Source: Patescibacteria group bacterium (GTDB lineage: Bacteria > Patescibacteriota > Microgenomatia > UBA8517). From it: DNA of 64,000 nt. The DNA lies in NCBI GenBank assembly GCA_035260845.1, contig DATFUL010000003.1:75620-139619 (forward strand), given 5' to 3'. The position numbers and the translations under genes were made by a program. Below, piece after piece: positions 60,962 to 64,000 of the stretch (position 1 is the stretch's first letter; the number at the start of each line of letters is the position of its first letter). The notes under the pieces were generated by a model. It ran no database searches. It had not been told where the DNA came from and was given only the letters and a program-made list of their open reading frames with translations.

Positions 60962-61650
60962 AGTTTTAGTAAGTCAACAAAACTCTTTATTATTACGTTC
61001 AAGTCTCTTCCTGTTCCAACACCTTTCAGTCTTGGATAATGTGTGACAGGAATCTCTGCGATTTGAAAACCACTTTTTTTGGCTTTTATCAAAAGCTCGC
61101 TTGATATAAAAGCTCCCCTTTCGCTTTCAAGCTTTGGTATTGTATTCACAACACTTCTTGAAATTAATTTAAAACCACAGTCAATATCGTGAACTTTTAA
61201 ACCAAAAAGTAAAAATACAGAAAGTTCCCAAATTTTACTTGTTATTATTTTGTATTTTGAAACCTGACGTTTTTTATAATAACCAATTACTAAATCAGCA
61301 TTTGTTTCTTTTTGTTTTTGCAGAAATTTTGTAATTTCTGCAAAATCAAACTGTCCGTCTGAATCGATAAAAGCAATCCAGTTATATTTTGACCCGTAGA
61401 GTCCTGATTTAAACGAAGCGCCATATCCTCTGTTTTTGACATGATTAATAAGTTTAATGTTTGAGTCACTTTGTTGTATATCCTCGACAATTTCTTGAGT
61501 TTTGTCACTTGAACCATCATTAACGACTACTATTTCCCATTTACTTGCAACTTTCTTAAGAACAGATTTTGTTTTGAGAACTACTTCTTTTATATTTTCC
61601 TCTTCGTTGTATGTTGGAAGGAAAACAGAAAGACCTGAGATTTGATCCAT
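60943..61650 (-). CDS. GT2 polyprenol-phosphate sugar synthase-like glycosyltransferase
   Basis: LSVFLPTYNEEENI, VVNDGSSDKT, DSDGQFD. Confidence 0.85.
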   Translation of the reverse strand: MDQISGLSVFLPTYNEEENIKEVVLKTKSVLKKVASKWEIVVVNDGSSDKTQEIVEDIQQSDSNIKLINHVKNRGYGASFKSGLYGSKYNWIAFIDSDGQFDFAEITKFLQKQKETNADLVIGYYKKRQVSKYKIITSKIWELSVFLLFGLKVHDIDCGFKLISRSVVNTIPKLESERGAFISSELLIKAKKSGFQIAEIPVTHYPRLKGVGTGRDLNVIIKSFVDLLKLWKKLH

Positions 61651-61693
61651 TATGCCTAAAGTCTAGCATAGATTGGGGCTAGCGTGTTAATAT

Positions 61694-62854
61694 ATGGGTA
61701 TGAAAGAGACAACCAGAAAGTTTTTTTTTGTTGCACTTTTTTCGCTTCTTCCGACGATTTTAATATGGCTGCCATTTTTTCTTAGAATTCCAGTTTTTTG
61801 GAACATTCCGCTCCCCACAAATGGCCTGGCAACTATTGTTGCTAACTATGACGGTCCTCTTTATTTGGTTGCCGCTAAAACCCTCTACAATAAGGCAGTA
61901 ATTGGGAGCAATTTTCAATTTCCTTTATCCTCTGAATACTACACAGCCCACTTTCCTCTTTTTCCACTTTTAATTAGATTTTTTGGGTTTGTTATGAATT
62001 ACCCGTACGCAATGCTTGTTGTTACGCTTTTAACAAGTATTTTGGCAATTTATTTCTTCGAAAAACTTATAAGTGAATATGTAGATAAAAAAGATGTCAT
62101 GTTTTTAACTTTTCTTTTTGCAATATTTCCAGCTCGTTGGCTTATTGTTAGATCAGTAGGATCTGCCGATCCTCTTTTTGTTGGGGCAATTATCGCGTCA
62201 GTTTATTACTTTAAGAACAAAAAATATTTATTAGCCGGAATTTGGGGTCTTATTGCTCAAATTACCAAGTCTCCCGGGATTTTACTTTTTATTTCTTACT
62301 CTTTGTACCTTCTTATGCCAATTGTTACCGAAAAACTTGGAGTAACAAAGTGGCTACGAAGTTTAAACTTAAAAAAGACTTATCCAATATTTTTAATCCC
62401 AGTTGGTCTTTTATTAGTATTCAGTCTTTATCGTCTTACTCAAGGCGACTTCTGGGCATATTTTAAGTCGGGGGATAATATTCATTTATTCTTCCCTCCT
62501 TTTCAGATCTTTAATTACTCAGCACCGTGGGTGGGGACTTTTTGGCTTGAAGAAGTAATCTTTATTTACATGCTTGGCGCAATTGGTGTTTATAGACTAT
62601 TCGCTAAAAAGGAATATGAAATTGCTACTTTTTCTGGGGTATTTTTCTTTTTAACCCTATTCATCGCACACAGAGATTTACTTAGATACTCCCTTCCTCT
62701 TTTACCATTTTTATATGTAGCATTTTCGGATGTCTTAGTTAAAAAGGAAGTTAAAGTAGCAACTGCTGTAATTATTATTCCAATTTATTTATTTTCACTT
62801 GCCTTCATTTCCCAAAATGTGATGCCAATTAGTAATTGGGCCCCATTTCTCTAA
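61694..62854 (+). CDS. Polytopic membrane protein, possibly a PIG-V/GT76-like mannosyltransferase-type GT-C
   Basis: NYDGPLYLVAAKTLY...AHFPLFPLLIR resembles the PIG-V-family WDa-hY-IA-GY...FFPlyPll motif. There are 9-10 TM. Confidence 0.4.
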   Translation: MGMKETTRKFFFVALFSLLPTILIWLPFFLRIPVFWNIPLPTNGLATIVANYDGPLYLVAAKTLYNKAVIGSNFQFPLSSEYYTAHFPLFPLLIRFFGFVMNYPYAMLVVTLLTSILAIYFFEKLISEYVDKKDVMFLTFLFAIFPARWLIVRSVGSADPLFVGAIIASVYYFKNKKYLLAGIWGLIAQITKSPGILLFISYSLYLLMPIVTEKLGVTKWLRSLNLKKTYPIFLIPVGLLLVFSLYRLTQGDFWAYFKSGDNIHLFFPPFQIFNYSAPWVGTFWLEEVIFIYMLGAIGVYRLFAKKEYEIATFSGVFFFLTLFIAHRDLLRYSLPLLPFLYVAFSDVLVKKEVKVATAVIIIPIYLFSLAFISQNVMPISNWAPFL

Positions 62855-62909
62855 ATAACAGCCTTCAAAACGTGGGGCAGAGACAAAAAGAAAGACTAAT
62901 TATGTACAC

Positions 62910-63125
62910 ATGGAAATTGCCAGGCATTGGAGGTTGAAGAAAGAAAGATATCAGTTAATGGGTAGCATATGCCTCAAATGTGACCATAAAATATTTCCAC
63001 GCAGACCCATTTGCCAAAATTGCGGTGAAAAGACTTCAAGAGATTTTAATATCTCGCCAACTGGCAATATTTATCAAGCGGGGGTTATTTCTTTGCCCAA
63101 GGAAGTTTCCATGTTTTCCAAATAA
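62910..63125 (+). CDS. Small Zn-ribbon protein or fragment, DUF35 N-terminal-like. Possibly a truncated remnant.
   Basis: ARHWRLKKERYQLMGSICLKCDHKIFPRRPICQNCG matches the rubredoxin-like Zn ribbon of DUF35 proteins. The ORF stops after about 30 aa of the expected OB-fold. Its last 41 nt overlap the convergent GT2-GtrA gene. Confidence 0.3.
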   Translation: MEIARHWRLKKERYQLMGSICLKCDHKIFPRRPICQNCGEKTSRDFNISPTGNIYQAGVISLPKEVSMFSK

Positions 63126-64000
63126 AAATGTTGTAGACAATATAGTTGTACGGAAGGACAACTGCAAAAAGTGCAAAAAGGAGTGCTATCAAATGCACTA
63201 AAGATGTATCTCCAAATAATTTAACAGCACCAGAAACAATAAATGGCTGAACTATTACTGCAAAGAGTGATGAAAAGTTAAATTTAAGAAATTGAGTTAC
63301 AATATCGCTGAATTTAGTTATAACTTTATCTTTAAAGGTCCAAATATTGTTAAATATAAAATTAGAGATTATTGCAGCTTCAGTTGCAAAGAAAGTAGCG
63401 GTAAAAGTGGAAAGTCCGAAACGCTTTAAAAGTTCCAGGCCTAAATAGTTAACCAAAAATCCCGTAAAACCAACTGTCCCAAATTTAATAAATCTAATTT
63501 TGTCGCGAATTCCCAAAATTATTGCAACTTTAAAACTAGCCAAAGTCTCCTTGGTGTTAAACTTTGAAACGTCTTTGGTTCTGGCAGCAAAAGCGAGGGG
63601 AACTTCTACGATTTTTTTAGCGTGTTTGGTAGTTAAATAAAATAAATGAACTTTGTGAGCAAATCGTTTCAATTCCATTAAATGCTCCAAATCAATTTGG
63701 TCCATTACACCTTTTACACGGGTAAGTCTAAAACCGGTAGTCATATCATGAAATTGAGGTTTAATTAAAACAACCCTAATAAACATGTTGCCAAAATAAC
63801 TCACTAATTTTCTGAAAAGAGCCCAGCTCTTAGGAACCGAACCACCTTTTATATATCTACTCCCAATTACATAGTCTGCACCGTTTAAATAGGCTTCGAC
63901 CATTGGTATTACAAAACGAGGGGGGTGTTGGAAATCAGCATCCATTTCCATTACAGCATCGGCATGCAACTTTTCCATTGCGTACTCAAACCCTTTAACG
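63085..64000 (-). CDS. GT2 polyprenol-phosphate glycosyltransferase fused to a C-terminal GtrA-like membrane domain. It is partial, with the 5' end beyond the window.
   Basis: The reading frame continues to the window edge (...VKGFEYAMEKLHADAVMEMDADFQHPP). DADFQHP is the DPM1-type second acidic motif. The C-terminal part has 4 TM, with GTVGFTGFLVNYLGLELL typical of GtrA. Confidence 0.75.
   Translation of the reverse strand, partial: VKGFEYAMEKLHADAVMEMDADFQHPPRFVIPMVEAYLNGADYVIGSRYIKGGSVPKSWALFRKLVSYFGNMFIRVVLIKPQFHDMTTGFRLTRVKGVMDQIDLEHLMELKRFAHKVHLFYLTTKHAKKIVEVPLAFAARTKDVSKFNTKETLASFKVAIILGIRDKIRFIKFGTVGFTGFLVNYLGLELLKRFGLSTFTATFFATEAAIISNFIFNNIWTFKDKVITKFSDIVTQFLKFNFSSLFAVIVQPFIVSGAVKLFGDTSLVHLIALLFALFAVVLPYNYIVYNIFIWKTWKLPWAKK

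Noticed and set aside
62980-63201. 73-aa plus ORF overlapping both the Zn-ribbon ORF and the GT2-GtrA gene
   Set aside because: It is an alternative frame with no motif. The GT2-GtrA frame on the minus strand is clearly real.

Overview
This is an AT-rich (about 30% GC), almost fully coding bacterial segment. It looks like a CPR/Patescibacteria-type genome, inferred from low GC, tight gene packing, abundant GT-C paralogs and frequent GTG/TTG starts. There are no rRNA, tRNA, CRISPR, transposase or integrase signals. Nearly the whole 64 kb is one cell-envelope glycosylation super-locus of about 57 genes, mostly on the minus strand, with many 1-40 nt start/stop overlaps that suggest long polycistronic units.

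The gene content is:
- Seven polyprenol-phosphate-sugar synthase-like GT2 genes (DPM1/ArnC/GtrB-like). One carries a fused C-terminal GtrA domain and one is followed by a DUF2304 gene.
- At least 13 polytopic GT-C-like membrane glycosyltransferases in three sequence families. Family A is ArnT/PMT-like with 8 tandem paralogs; family B has 3 paralogs; family C has 2 paralogs and a strong novel motif.
- Three WaaE-like GT2 genes, three GT4 genes, other GT-A genes, six class-I SAM methyltransferases and a Wzx-type flippase.
- GDP-L-fucose synthase (fcl).
- An FdtA-like 3,4-ketoisomerase plus a DegT-family aminotransferase, which points to a 3-amino-3,6-dideoxyhexose nucleotide-sugar route, next to an unassignable 224-aa protein.
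- An NrnA-type DHH phosphoesterase embedded between GT-C genes.
- A block of six consecutive uncharacterised polytopic membrane proteins.

The most interesting aspect is the scale and paralog diversification of a two-component glycosylation system (GT2 lipid-sugar synthase plus GT-C transferase), together with the undescribed family C membrane proteins. All calls rest on motif recognition by eye; no searches were run.
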